Assembly (NCBI GenBank): GCA_963796055.1
Contig: CAWCKH010000004.1
Span: forward strand, 1,632,001 to 1,696,000
Direction: 5' to 3'
Length of the DNA stretch: 64,000 bases
Origin: an uncultured delta proteobacterium
GTDB lineage: Bacteria > Myxococcota > Myxococcia > Myxococcales > Myxococcaceae
In this document: positions 1 through 9,591 of the stretch, piece by piece
How positions within the stretch are numbered: position 1 is the first letter of the stretch
Layout: each line of letters begins with the position of its first letter
The notes under the pieces: generated by a model
Database searches by the model: none
Seen by the model: the letters and a program-made list of their open reading frames with translations, nothing else
Told to the model about the DNA's origin: nothing
Made by a program: the position numbers and the translations under genes

Positions 1-523
1 CCGCCCAGCCCGAGAAGCGGATCAGCAGCGCGACGTAGCCGGCAAGGGTGAGGACGTTCTGGACCAGCTGGAAGGACTCGGTGACCACCGAGATGGGCCG
101 GCTCGAGGCCTCGCGGCGCGCTCGGGTGAGCCGGTCGTAGAAGTCCGGGTCCTCGAAGTGGCGCAGATCGAGCGAGAGCGCCTTCTCCAGGATCCGCTCG
201 TTGATGGTCAGACCGAGCCGGGCGCCGAGCAGCTGGCGGATGAGGCCCAGCCCGCGGAGGGCGAACGCCTGCAGGGCGACCACGCCCAGCTCGATGAGCA
301 CCCAGCGGAGCGTGCGGGGTCCGTCGTGGGCGACCACCGAGTCCATGATCTCCTTGCCCACGTAGGCGACCGCGAGCGGGACCACCGCCGAGACCAGGGT
401 CATCGCCCCCAGGGCGAGCGTCAGGCGCGGCGAGGCGGACCAGACCAGGGCCAGCGTGGCCCGGGTGTGCTGGAAGCTCTCGCGGAGAATGGAGAGCCGG
501 AATCGGGTGACGTCCTCGGCCAC
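1..523 (-). CDS. ABC transporter permease/ATP-binding protein, N-terminal part (runs off window)
   Basis: Manual translation from GTG at 523: MAEDVTRFRLSILRESFQHTRATLALVW...LSLDLRHFEDPDFYDRLTRARREASSRP, typical of fused ABC exporter TM domains. Confidence 0.8.
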   Translation of the reverse strand, partial: MAEDVTRFRLSILRESFQHTRATLALVWSASPRLTLALGAMTLVSAVVPLAVAYVGKEIMDSVVAHDGPRTLRWVLIELGVVALQAFALRGLGLIRQLLGARLGLTINERILEKALSLDLRHFEDPDFYDRLTRARREASSRPISVVTESFQLVQNVLTLAGYVALLIRFSGWA

Positions 524-614
524 GGAAGGAGTGCGCTAACCCGGGCGGTCGGATGCCGCAAGCGGCGGGTCGGCACCGGAGGCGAAGACGTCTGGAACCC
601 CCTGGCCTCCCGCC

Positions 615-1337
615 TCAGCTTCTGCCGGCAGGGACCGGTGCCGTCCCGACCGCGACCACCCGGCCGCGTTCGTCCTGGACGAAGGCCACGACCCGCAGCT
701 GGTCCCGCTTCCAGCCGGGGGAGACTCCGAGCCGCAGATGGTGCTCGGAAGCGACCGGCCCCTCGTCGACCAGGAGCCGGGCCACCGGCGCGTGGGCGAG
801 CGTGAGGCCGCGGTTCTCTCCGCGCTCCACCTTGCTCGCCAGCCGGTCCTCGGACAGCGCCACCATCAGCCGTCCCGACAGACCTGCCGGCGGACGCACC
901 ACCACGTCCAGCCCCGGACGGGCGCTGGTCACCAGCACCTCGAGCCGCGCCTTGGCGCGCGCCGCCGCCTTCTCCACCCCGCGCCGGAGACCCGCCGAGG
1001 ACGCCACCCCGGACACCCACCCGTCGACGATCATCTGCGGCGTGTACAGCCCCTCACCGCCGAGGGTCCGCGCGTATTCCTCCTGCCGCGCGGTGAAGTC
1101 GGGCGACGAGAACGGGTCGGCCCAGCCGAGCTGGTTCCAGTAGTCCACGTGCAGCTCGAGCGGGATGACCTCGGCGGTCTTGAACATGGCGTCACGGGCG
1201 AGCGCGGCGAGCGCCGCATCCGCGGGCGGGCAGGAGGAGCACCCCTCCGAGGTGAAGAGCTCCACAAGGACGGGGGGACGAGGCTCGGCGGTGGCGAGCG
1301 CAGGACCGAGGACGGCGAGGGCGAGAAGAGAACGCAT
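615..1337 (-). CDS. DUF1223 thioredoxin-like secreted protein
   Basis: Signal peptide MRSLLALAVL, VELFTSEGCSSCPPAD, HVDYWN, YTPQ motifs. Confidence 0.85.
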   Translation of the reverse strand: MRSLLALAVLGPALATAEPRPPVLVELFTSEGCSSCPPADAALAALARDAMFKTAEVIPLELHVDYWNQLGWADPFSSPDFTARQEEYARTLGGEGLYTPQMIVDGWVSGVASSAGLRRGVEKAAARAKARLEVLVTSARPGLDVVVRPPAGLSGRLMVALSEDRLASKVERGENRGLTLAHAPVARLLVDEGPVASEHHLRLGVSPGWKRDQLRVVAFVQDERGRVVAVGTAPVPAGRS

Positions 1338-1345
1338 GGATGAGC

Positions 1346-2092
1346 TCAGGGGACGTGACTCCGGGTCGACAGCGCGCGCCGGAGCGGGATGGCGAGCAGG
1401 GCCAGCGCCAGCCAGGGAAGAACGTGGAAGCCCATGAGGTGCGGCGCGCTGCCGTCGGTGCAATGCCAGTGAAGCGCGAAGAGGCCGGTCGCCGCCGCGG
1501 AGAGCGCCAGGGCCACCGTCCTCGCCGCATCGAGCGCCATGCCCCGCAGGAGCGCCAGCCCCACCGCCAGCGGGATCACCGCGGTGAGCACCACGGTGAC
1601 CAGGCACGGCAGCGCCGCCCGGGTCGTGGTGGCGGTGTGGACGCCGTTGCCGGAGAGGACGAGCAGGAGCGGCACGATGGGCACGAGCAGCAGCATCCAG
1701 CGTGGCTTTCGGCGCCCGGGCGCGAGCGCCAGCACGCTCCCCAGGGTCACCACCGCGAGGAGGACCGCGCCGACCACGGCCAGCGCCATGTGGTGCGCCA
1801 TCGGCGAGCTCCAGTTGTGGGCGCCGAGGGCCGCCGCGACCACGAAGGCGAGCACGGCCTGTAGCAGGGCAATCCGTCCCGCGTCGCGGGTCCACGGCCG
1901 CACCGCCGTGGCGCGGAGCGCCTCCAGGGCACGGCGGCGGATCGCCTCGAGGGAGGGGGGCGGTGCGGCATCCTGCACCTGCTCCTCCGGGAGCATCGGG
2001 CTGCACCGAGGGCATCCGCGTGCGTGGGCGCGGGCCGCGTCGTCCAGCCGATCCGAGGTGAGCGCGTCGAGGAAGCGGTCGCAGTCGCTCAT
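1346..2092 (-). CDS. NrsF/DUF1109-like membrane anti-sigma factor
   Basis: N-terminal HARGCPRC zinc-finger-like motif, several TM helices, LHWHC...FH; overlaps sigma gene stop. Confidence 0.75.
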   Translation of the reverse strand: MSDCDRFLDALTSDRLDDAARAHARGCPRCSPMLPEEQVQDAAPPPSLEAIRRRALEALRATAVRPWTRDAGRIALLQAVLAFVVAAALGAHNWSSPMAHHMALAVVGAVLLAVVTLGSVLALAPGRRKPRWMLLLVPIVPLLLVLSGNGVHTATTTRAALPCLVTVVLTAVIPLAVGLALLRGMALDAARTVALALSAAATGLFALHWHCTDGSAPHLMGFHVLPWLALALLAIPLRRALSTRSHVP

Positions 2093-2661
2093 GCGGACTC
2101 CCTCTCCGAGGCGAGCAGCACCCGAAGGCGCTCGTAGCCGCGGTGGGCGCGCACCTTCACCGCGGTCTCGGTCACCCCGAGCAGCTCGGCGATCTCCTTG
2201 AACGAGAACCCCTCGAATCGGTGGAGCACGATGGCCTCCCGCTGGGAGTCGGGCAGCTTCGCCAGTGCCTTCTCCACCGTGCGCGACAGCCCTGGGTCCG
2301 GAAGCGGGGCCGGATCGGCGGGTGTTTCGGGCAGCTCGTCGGCCGGGAGCGGCTCCTCGCGGCGGTGTCGCCGCAGGTGGTCCCGCGCGGCGTTGACCGC
2401 CACCGTGTAGAGCCACGGCCGGAAGGGAGCCCCGCGCTCGTACCGGCCCCGGGCGCGGACGATGGAGAGGAACGTCGTCTGAAGAACGTCGTCCGCAGCA
2501 GCGCCGACCATCCGGCGCAGCGCTCCCTGGAGGCGGCCGGCATGCCGCGTGAACAGCTCCGAAAAGGCCTGTTCCTCTCCCTGGACGAATCGCTCCATCA
2601 GCTGCTCATCGGTCTCGGTGCTTCCCGAGGGAGTACGCACGAGGGGCGGAACGGGTTTCAC
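2089..2661 (-). CDS. ECF RNA polymerase sigma-70 factor
   Basis: DDVLQTTF, FRPWLYTVAVN (region 2), LPDSQREAIVL..EGFSFKEIAELLG..VKVRAHR (region 4). Confidence 0.92.
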   Translation of the reverse strand: MKPVPPLVRTPSGSTETDEQLMERFVQGEEQAFSELFTRHAGRLQGALRRMVGAAADDVLQTTFLSIVRARGRYERGAPFRPWLYTVAVNAARDHLRRHRREEPLPADELPETPADPAPLPDPGLSRTVEKALAKLPDSQREAIVLHRFEGFSFKEIAELLGVTETAVKVRAHRGYERLRVLLASERESA

Positions 2662-2792
2662 CAGGGCCCCGGGCTTACCACGCGTGCCCCGTTCGGCCGG
2701 TTGTTGCTCCCCGGCGAACGGTGGATTCCAGGGCGCTCCAGGTTGCGGCCGGGCCGGGAAGGATGAAGGTGAAGGCTCCGAGGAGCCCCCCG

Positions 2793-3671
2793 ATGCCCAC
2801 CCCCCGACCCGTCACCCGCCTCATCCAGGCCCACACTCAGGAAGAGGGAGGCGGCTTCGTCGTCCGCCGTCCGTTCCCCGCGCCCGGCCTGGTGCAGATC
2901 GATCCCTTCCTCCTCCTCGACGAGATGGGTCCCGTGGAGTACCGGCCGGGAGAGGCGGTGGGCGCGCCGGATCACCCCCACCGCGGCTTCGAGACGGTCA
3001 CCTACGCACTCGAGGGTGACTTCGAGCACGAGGATTCGGCCGGTCACCGGGGCCACATCGGACCCGGCGACGTGCAGTGGATGACCGCCGGCGCGGGAGT
3101 GGTGCACTCGGAGCTGCCCGCTCCGCGCATTCGCGAGGAGGGCGGCCGGGTCCACGGGTTCCAGATCTGGGTGAACCTACCCCGGCGCGACAAGATGATG
3201 CCGCCGCGCTACCAGGAGATCCCCAGCGCCCGGCTGCCCGAGCGCGCCACCGAGGACGGCCTGGCCAGGGTCCGGCTCCTCGCCGGCGAGGCGCTGGGCG
3301 GCAAGGCGGTCATCGAGACCCGGACCCCGGTCCTGCTGCAGGACTGGACGCTCTTGCCCGGTGCGCGGGTGGAGGTTCCGGTCCCGGCAGACCACCAGGT
3401 GTTCGCCTACGTGTTTGGCGGCACGCTGCGCGCCGGCCCCGAGGGGCGGGAAGTGCGCGACGGACAGGCGGCACTGTTCGGAGAGGGTGATGCCGTCCGG
3501 CTCTCGGTCCCCGGCGAGGCGAAGGCTCCGGCGCGGCTGCTCCTCCTCGGCGGCGTGCCGTTGCGGGAGCCAGTGGCCCGCTACGGCCCGTTCGTCATGA
3601 ACAGCCCGGAGGAGATCCACCAGGCCATCGTGGACTTCCAGGCGGGGCGCCTGGGCGCGATCGATCGCTGA
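2793..3671 (+). CDS. Pirin family protein
   Basis: DPFLLLDE, PDHPHRGFETVTY, GDVQWMTAGAGVVHSE, YGPFVMN. Confidence 0.95.
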   Translation: MPTPRPVTRLIQAHTQEEGGGFVVRRPFPAPGLVQIDPFLLLDEMGPVEYRPGEAVGAPDHPHRGFETVTYALEGDFEHEDSAGHRGHIGPGDVQWMTAGAGVVHSELPAPRIREEGGRVHGFQIWVNLPRRDKMMPPRYQEIPSARLPERATEDGLARVRLLAGEALGGKAVIETRTPVLLQDWTLLPGARVEVPVPADHQVFAYVFGGTLRAGPEGREVRDGQAALFGEGDAVRLSVPGEAKAPARLLLLGGVPLREPVARYGPFVMNSPEEIHQAIVDFQAGRLGAIDR

Positions 3672-3704
3672 GCGCACTGCCCCCCGCTCCCAGGGGAGCC
3701 GGGG

Positions 3705-4334
3705 TCACTTCGCCGGTGGGGGCGCTTTGGCGGGCTCGACCGGGGCCGGCGCTCCGGCCGGTGCGGAGGTGGCGCTGGCCGTCGCTGCCTCGGCCCGGCG
3801 CCTGGCGTCCGCCTCGGCCTCGGTGCGCATCGCGGCGAGTCCCTTCTCGAAGTCCTTGCCGATCATCGCGTCCATGTCCGCGAACAGCGTGAAGGCCTTG
3901 CCGAGGAAGTTGTTGGTGCCGCTCATCACCCAGCTGACCTGCGTCCCGCCCGACTCGGGGCGGAAGCTGAACTCGGTCTGGCTGACGCCGGGCATCGGCT
4001 TGATGAACTCGAGCCGGATGCCGACCTCCTGTGCCGGCCGGCTCTCGGTGATGCGCATGTTCCCCTCGCCGACCTTGGCGTTCCCGGTCCAGGCATAGGT
4101 GGCGCCGACGCCCGAGGGCGGACCGCCGTAGGTGGTCTTCATCGTCGGGTCGAGCTTGGCCCAGGGCGACCAGCGGTCCCAGGCGTGGAAGTCGTTGACC
4201 AGTCCGAACACCACGTCCGGCGGCGCGGCGATGCGGGTGCTCCGCTCCACGCGGTAAGTCGAAGGGCGGGTGGCGATGACCACCAGCAGGACGACGATCA
4301 GAGCGGCGAAGCCGATGAGCACCTTGCGGAGCAT
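3705..4334 (-). CDS. SRPBCC (polyketide cyclase/START) family protein
   Basis: MLRKVLIG TM anchor, VERSTRIAAPP, WDRWSPW, GKDFEKGL. Confidence 0.85.
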   Translation of the reverse strand: MLRKVLIGFAALIVVLLVVIATRPSTYRVERSTRIAAPPDVVFGLVNDFHAWDRWSPWAKLDPTMKTTYGGPPSGVGATYAWTGNAKVGEGNMRITESRPAQEVGIRLEFIKPMPGVSQTEFSFRPESGGTQVSWVMSGTNNFLGKAFTLFADMDAMIGKDFEKGLAAMRTEAEADARRRAEAATASATSAPAGAPAPVEPAKAPPPAK

Positions 4335-4510
4335 GGCGATGCACCTCCACCCGCCGTGCCCGATGGGCGCCGGGGGCCACCGATCCCGCCTAGCACGGGC
4401 CGGGTCCCGGCCGCAGCCCACAGTCCGCGAGCTGCCCGGCCTCGTGGGCGAGAGGTGGTGCAGATGGCCCACGCTTCCCTGCGCGCACAGGGGGCGGCCA
4501 CCGATGAAGC

Positions 4511-5506
4511 TCAGCGGCGCTTGAGGACCGGCAGTGGCGCCGGGCCGGCGAGCTCGGTTGCGCCCTTCATCGCCTCGGCCACCTTCGCCCGGGCGGCCAG
4601 CGCGGCGAGCCGGGCCTTGCCGAACATCGCCGGCATGGTCTTGAGCGCGGCATGCTCCTCCGGCGTGTACTTCTCGAAGGCGAACTTCACCGAGTCCGAC
4701 GGCAACCGGAGGTCCCACACCAGCCCCAGCGCCGACAGCGCCTTCAGCACGTAGAAGCTCGCGTCCACCTCCCACCAGAACCAGCCCTGGTTGGCGGTGT
4801 TCTGGTGGTAGTGGTGGTTGTTGTGCCAGCCCTCGCCGCAGGTCACCAGCGCGAGGAGGAAGTTGTTCCGGCTGGTGTCGGTGGTCTTGTACCGGCGCGA
4901 GCCGAACACGTGGCTGAGCGAGTTGATGGTGAAGGTGCCGTGCCAGAGCAGCACCGTGCTCACGAAGAAGCCCCACACCAGCAGCGGGAAGCCGCCGATG
5001 AGGAACGTCGCCACGCCCAGGAGCGTGGGCGGGAGCAGGTAGAAGCGGTTCAAGAACCGCAGCTCGGGGAAGCGGGCGAAGTCGCGGATCGCCTCCTCAC
5101 GGGTCTCGGTGTACCGGTCGGAGAGGATCCACCCCACGTGGCTCCACCAGAAGCCATCCTGGAGCGGCGAGTGCAGATCCGTCGGCTGGTCCGACTCGCG
5201 GTGGTGGTGCCGGTGGTTCGCCGCCCACCACAGCACGCCCTTCTGGGCCGAGGTCTCGGCGGCGAACGCGAGCAGGAACTGGAACACCCGCGACGTCTTG
5301 AAGGAGCGGTGGGCGAAGTACCGGTGGTAGCCGGAGGTCACCGCCCACATGCGCACGTAGTAGAGCGCCACCGCCCAGACCACGTAGGACCAGTGGAAGG
5401 CCACGAAGAACGGGGCGACCAGGGCAAAGACGTGGACGGCGAAGAACGGGGTCGAGGTGACCCAGTTGATGCGGTGCTCCCGGGCGGGTGCGGCGGCGTT
5501 CGACAT
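4511..5506 (-). CDS. Acyl-CoA/fatty acid desaturase (delta-9 type)
   Basis: His boxes YHRYFAH, HRHHH, GEGWHNNHH. Confidence 0.93.
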   Translation of the reverse strand: MSNAAAPAREHRINWVTSTPFFAVHVFALVAPFFVAFHWSYVVWAVALYYVRMWAVTSGYHRYFAHRSFKTSRVFQFLLAFAAETSAQKGVLWWAANHRHHHRESDQPTDLHSPLQDGFWWSHVGWILSDRYTETREEAIRDFARFPELRFLNRFYLLPPTLLGVATFLIGGFPLLVWGFFVSTVLLWHGTFTINSLSHVFGSRRYKTTDTSRNNFLLALVTCGEGWHNNHHYHQNTANQGWFWWEVDASFYVLKALSALGLVWDLRLPSDSVKFAFEKYTPEEHAALKTMPAMFGKARLAALAARAKVAEAMKGATELAGPAPLPVLKRR

Positions 5507-5562
5507 CGAGTCCTCTGGCGAGAGTGCGAGGAGCAGGATGGGCCCCCCCTGTCAGGGCTCTG

Positions 5563-6945
5563 TCAGGACGCCGCAGATTTCCCGAGCGATGCCAGCCATT
5601 CCTGAAAGCCTGGCTCGCCCGCCAGAGGAGCGAGGTCCGGGTCGCTGGCGGCAGCTTCACGGTCGGAGTAGCCCAGCTCACGCGCGCGGACCAGGAGGGC
5701 GATGGCCCGGCGGACGTCCCCGGCGCGTGCATAGGCGCAGGCGACCTCATAGGCCCGGGCCGCGGTGGGCCGGCGGGCCAGGGACTCCTCCCCGAAGCGT
5801 GCCGCCTCCGAGTATGCGCCCCGGAGGAACGCGACCCGCTCCGCGCGCTCGTAGGCCGTCGCCAGGTCCACTCCCGGCAGACCGGCCGCCGCGGCCAGGT
5901 GCCCCTGCCGGATGAGCGCCCCGGCCCACTCGTGGAGGATGGTGGGGTCCCGGGTGTGGCGCGCGGCCTGTTCCCAGAGCGGGATGGCCCGCGCGTCGTC
6001 TCCGATGAGGCTGAAGGCGGCGGCGACGGCCTGTGGCTCGACCGGGCGACCCTGGACCTGGCTGAACTCGTCCAGCGCGCGCCGCCCCTCACCCTCCTTC
6101 AGCGCCACCCAGCCCAGCAGGTGGTGGATGCGCGAGCGGAGGGCGACGGAGAGCTCACCGCCAAGCAGGCCCGATGCCAGCGCGCGGGCGGCGTCCAGCT
6201 TTCCCGCCCGGAAGAGCGCCTCGGCTTCCTGGAGCTGCGGCGGCGCCGGCCCGTCGGGCTCGGTCCGCCAGAACGCGACCAGCGCCTGGAAGTTCTGGAA
6301 GCCGAACAGCAGGAGGAAGACCAGCAGCACCGGGTCGCCGCCGCCTGACCGGTAGAGCAGGAAGGCGAGCCCGGCGCAGGTGAGAACCCCGATCCCCAGC
6401 GCCGCGACCACTCCGCCCCGGCCGAAGATGCGGCCGAGCACCGCCCGGCTGATCCGCCCCCCGTCCATCGGCAGGATGGGGAGCAGGTTCAGGACGGCCC
6501 AGCCGGCGTTCGCCCATGCGGCGAGCTGGAGTCCCCTGTTGACCGCGTCCCCCGAGGGGAAGGCGTGCGACGCCCGCCAGCAGAGCAAGCCGAGGCTGGC
6601 CCCGAACAGGGGCCCGGCGAGCGTGCAGACCACGTCCTTCCCCCAGCTGAGCGGGGCGTCGGTGGCCGGGGTGGTGAGCCCCCCGAACATCACCAGCTGG
6701 ACCGTCGATCGGTAGCCGAAGGCCCGGAAAGCGAGGGCGTGCCCCAGCTCGTGAACCAGGACCGAGACGAACACCACCACGATCCAGGTGACGACCAGCG
6801 TCCCCTTGGCGGCCGGGGAGGCGTCGGGGCCGAGATTCTGCGCGCCCCACAGGCCGAACATCAGGCCCACCAGGAAGTGGGCCGGATGAACCAGCACGGA
6901 GATGGAGCCGAGGCGGAAGCGAAGCACGGCCCCGTCACCTAACAC
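5563..6945 (-). CDS. Site-2 (M50) metalloprotease with C-terminal TPR repeats
   Basis: HELGH, AGP, NLLPILPMDGG motifs; TPR-like C-terminus. Confidence 0.88.
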   Translation of the reverse strand: MLGDGAVLRFRLGSISVLVHPAHFLVGLMFGLWGAQNLGPDASPAAKGTLVVTWIVVVFVSVLVHELGHALAFRAFGYRSTVQLVMFGGLTTPATDAPLSWGKDVVCTLAGPLFGASLGLLCWRASHAFPSGDAVNRGLQLAAWANAGWAVLNLLPILPMDGGRISRAVLGRIFGRGGVVAALGIGVLTCAGLAFLLYRSGGGDPVLLVFLLLFGFQNFQALVAFWRTEPDGPAPPQLQEAEALFRAGKLDAARALASGLLGGELSVALRSRIHHLLGWVALKEGEGRRALDEFSQVQGRPVEPQAVAAAFSLIGDDARAIPLWEQAARHTRDPTILHEWAGALIRQGHLAAAAGLPGVDLATAYERAERVAFLRGAYSEAARFGEESLARRPTAARAYEVACAYARAGDVRRAIALLVRARELGYSDREAAASDPDLAPLAGEPGFQEWLASLGKSAAS

Positions 6946-7003
6946 CCCGGACGGGGGTCCTGCGCGGGAGAAGGGGGTCGTGCTATGCGGCGGGCCGATT
7001 CGA

Positions 7004-8014
7004 ATGCTGCGGCTCGGCCCCTACCCACTGAGGAACCCCTGGGTGCTCGCCCCCATGGCGGGGGTGAGCGAGCAGCCCTTCCGCGTCCTCGCCTTCCGGA
7101 TGGGGGCGGCCCTGTGCCCCACCGAGCTGGTGAGCGCGCAGGGCCTGATGCGCGCCAACGCCCGCTCGGTGCGCTACCTGCGGCACGACGCCGAGGTGGA
7201 GCGCCCGTACTCGTTGCAGATCTTCGGCGGCGAGCCCGAGGTGATGGTGAGCGCGGCGCTGCTGGGCAAGCAGTGGGGCGCGCAGATCATCGACGTGAAC
7301 ATGGGTTGCCCGGTGAAGAAGGTGACCAGGAACGGGGCCGGCTCGGCGCTGCTCTGTGACCCCCTCCGCGCCGCGGCCATCGTCCGGGCCATCCACCAGG
7401 AGACCGGGCTTCCGGTGACGGCGAAGATCCGCAGTGGCTGGGACGCGCAGCACCGGAACTATCTGGAGATGGCGGCGGCGCTCGAGGATGCCGGCTGCGT
7501 GGGCCTGGCGGTGCATCCGCGGACCCGCGCCCAGGGCTACGCCGGGGAGGCGGACTGGTCGGTCATTGCCGATCTGCGGAAGCACGTCCGGGCGATGACG
7601 CTGATCGGGAACGGCGACGTGAAGTCGCCGGCCGACGCGCTGCGGATGCGCGAGACCACCGGCTGTGACCTGGTGATGATCGGTCGCGGCGCGCTGGGCA
7701 ATCCGTGGATCTTCCGCCAGCTCGAGGGCGGGGCGGCGCCGGACGCCGACGAGCGGTGCCAGGTGGTACTCGGCCACTTCCGGGCGCAGGTGGCCTTCGT
7801 CGGCGACCCGCTGGCGGCGGTCCGGAGCTTTCGCAAGCACCTCGCGTGGTACGCGCACGGGCTCCGGGGCGCGGCGGCCTTCCGCGCCGAGGTGAACCAG
7901 CTGGTCCAGCCGGAGCAGGTCGAGCTCACCGTCCGGCGCTTCTTCCAGCAGGCCGAGACGGACGCGGCCTCCGTCGAGGAGCAGGACGTGGACTACCGCG
8001 CCGCCCTCGGCTGA
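7004..8014 (+). CDS. dusB: tRNA dihydrouridine synthase B
   Basis: LAPMAG, DVNMGCPVKKV, KIRSGW, HPRTRAQ, GNGDV, MIGRGALGNPWIF. Confidence 0.92.
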   Translation: MLRLGPYPLRNPWVLAPMAGVSEQPFRVLAFRMGAALCPTELVSAQGLMRANARSVRYLRHDAEVERPYSLQIFGGEPEVMVSAALLGKQWGAQIIDVNMGCPVKKVTRNGAGSALLCDPLRAAAIVRAIHQETGLPVTAKIRSGWDAQHRNYLEMAAALEDAGCVGLAVHPRTRAQGYAGEADWSVIADLRKHVRAMTLIGNGDVKSPADALRMRETTGCDLVMIGRGALGNPWIFRQLEGGAAPDADERCQVVLGHFRAQVAFVGDPLAAVRSFRKHLAWYAHGLRGAAAFRAEVNQLVQPEQVELTVRRFFQQAETDAASVEEQDVDYRAALG

Positions 8015-8035
8015 GACATCCGGCGCGGGCAGCGG

Positions 8036-8926
8036 TCAGCGCTGGCGCCGCGACCCTGCGGGCTGCGCGCGCGCCGCGGCCTCGTGCAGGACCTCCACCA
8101 GCGTTGCCCGGAGCGTGGCGACGCTCCCGTGCGAAGCGTCGCCGGCCGCCTCGACCCGGAAGGCCATCGAGGGAAGCGCGGGCAACCGTCGGTCCCGCAG
8201 CGCGAGGACGCGCGGCGGCGTCGCGAGCTCGGTGCGGACCGTCACCCCGAGGCCGGCCGACACCGCCGCCCAGAGGCCGGAGAGGCTCGGGCTGCTGAAG
8301 ACCACGCGCCAGGGCAACCCCGCCCGGTCGAGCGCCTCGAGCGCGAGCCGGCGGAAGGTGCAGGGCGGCTCGAAGAGGACGAGCGGGAGCGGGGTCCCGG
8401 CGCCCCAGCGGAACTTCCTGGCGGCGAGCCAGCGGACGGCGAGCTGCGCCTCCTCCGGGTCGGGGCGCCCGGGCTCGGGGTCGAAGGTCACCGCGAGATC
8501 GACCGCCCCACTCGACACCAAGTCTTTCAATGCCACATTTCGTTCCACCCGCACCTCCAGCTGGACGTGCGGATGGGCCCGGGTGAAGCGCGCCAGCGCC
8601 GTGGGGAGCCACCGCTCGGCGACGTCCTGCGGGAGCCCCAGGCGAATGGTCGCCCCGGCCACGTCCTCGCGCAGCGCCTCGAGCAGCTGGTCGTTCAGGG
8701 TGAGCATCCGGCGACCGGCGGCCAGCACGCGCTCCCCCTCGGAGTTGAGCTCGAGCCTTCGGCCCGACTTGCGGAAGAGTGGACGCCCACACTGCGACTC
8801 CAGCCGCTTCAGCTGCAGGCTGACCGCGCTGAGCGTGCGCCCCACCCGCCGGGAGGCGCGGGCCAGGGTGCCCGTCTCCTGCACCACGGAGAGGGTTCGC
8901 AGCAGGTCGAGGTCCAGGGTCTGCAC
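8036..8926 (-). CDS. LysR family transcriptional regulator
   Basis: LDLDLLRT...SAVSLQLKRLE HTH plus substrate-binding domain; divergent from tautomerase. Confidence 0.92.
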   Translation of the reverse strand: MQTLDLDLLRTLSVVQETGTLARASRRVGRTLSAVSLQLKRLESQCGRPLFRKSGRRLELNSEGERVLAAGRRMLTLNDQLLEALREDVAGATIRLGLPQDVAERWLPTALARFTRAHPHVQLEVRVERNVALKDLVSSGAVDLAVTFDPEPGRPDPEEAQLAVRWLAARKFRWGAGTPLPLVLFEPPCTFRRLALEALDRAGLPWRVVFSSPSLSGLWAAVSAGLGVTVRTELATPPRVLALRDRRLPALPSMAFRVEAAGDASHGSVATLRATLVEVLHEAAARAQPAGSRRQR

Positions 8927-9058
8927 GGTGGACTCCGGTGTCGGTTGAATAGTTCTCAAGTAGAGCTCAAGAACTTTGAGATTTTCTTGAGCACGGGCGG
9001 ACGGTACACGACCCACCCTGGCCGCGCCAGCCCGGCCGGCCATACCAGGAGTCCCGTC

Positions 9059-9457
9059 ATGCCCTTCATCCACGTCCGCTACTCCACCCCCGCCGAGCGT
9101 GATCTGCGTCAGCCCATCGCCGCCTTCGTCACCGAGACCACGGCCAGGGTGCTCGGGAAGAAGGCCGACCTCACCGCGGTCGCCGTCGAGCAGGTCCCGG
9201 CCGGCAACTGGTTCATCGCCGGGAAGTCCCTGGCCGAGCACCGCAAGGCCACCTTCTTCGTCGAGGCCCGGGTGACGCTCGGAACCAACGTCAAGGAGGA
9301 GAAGGCCGCCTACCTCCGCGAGGTCTTCCGGGGGATGGAGGCCCTCCTCGGCCCGGTCCACCCCGAGTCGTACGTCCACGTGCACGAGGCCACCGGCGAC
9401 GCGTACGGCTACGGGGGACTGTCCCAGGAGGCCCGCTGGCAGCGGGCCAACGGCTAG
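9059..9457 (+). CDS. 4-oxalocrotonate tautomerase family protein
   Basis: Starts M-P (catalytic Pro1), LGKKADLTAVAVE, GTNVKEEKAAY, AYGYGG. Confidence 0.85.
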   Translation: MPFIHVRYSTPAERDLRQPIAAFVTETTARVLGKKADLTAVAVEQVPAGNWFIAGKSLAEHRKATFFVEARVTLGTNVKEEKAAYLREVFRGMEALLGPVHPESYVHVHEATGDAYGYGGLSQEARWQRANG

Positions 9458-9560
9458 GTCAGGGCGTCCGCAGTCGAGATCCGGGTCAGGGTGTCGTCAG
9501 GTGGGCTGCAGTCGGCGAGGTCCGGGCGGCCGCGGTCAGCTATGCCCTACAGGCTCCTAG
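9454..9560. mobile_element. Short CTAG-bounded IS1182-related element (MITE/REP-like)
   Basis: Ends with gctatgccctacaggctcctag (1 mismatch to the IS1182 right end at 27105-27126); begins ctaggtcagggcgtccgcagtc (1 mismatch to revcomp of 25503-25524). Confidence 0.7.
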
Positions 9561-9591
9561 GCTGGCTCGGGTCCTCGTCTCGCGTGCGGTG

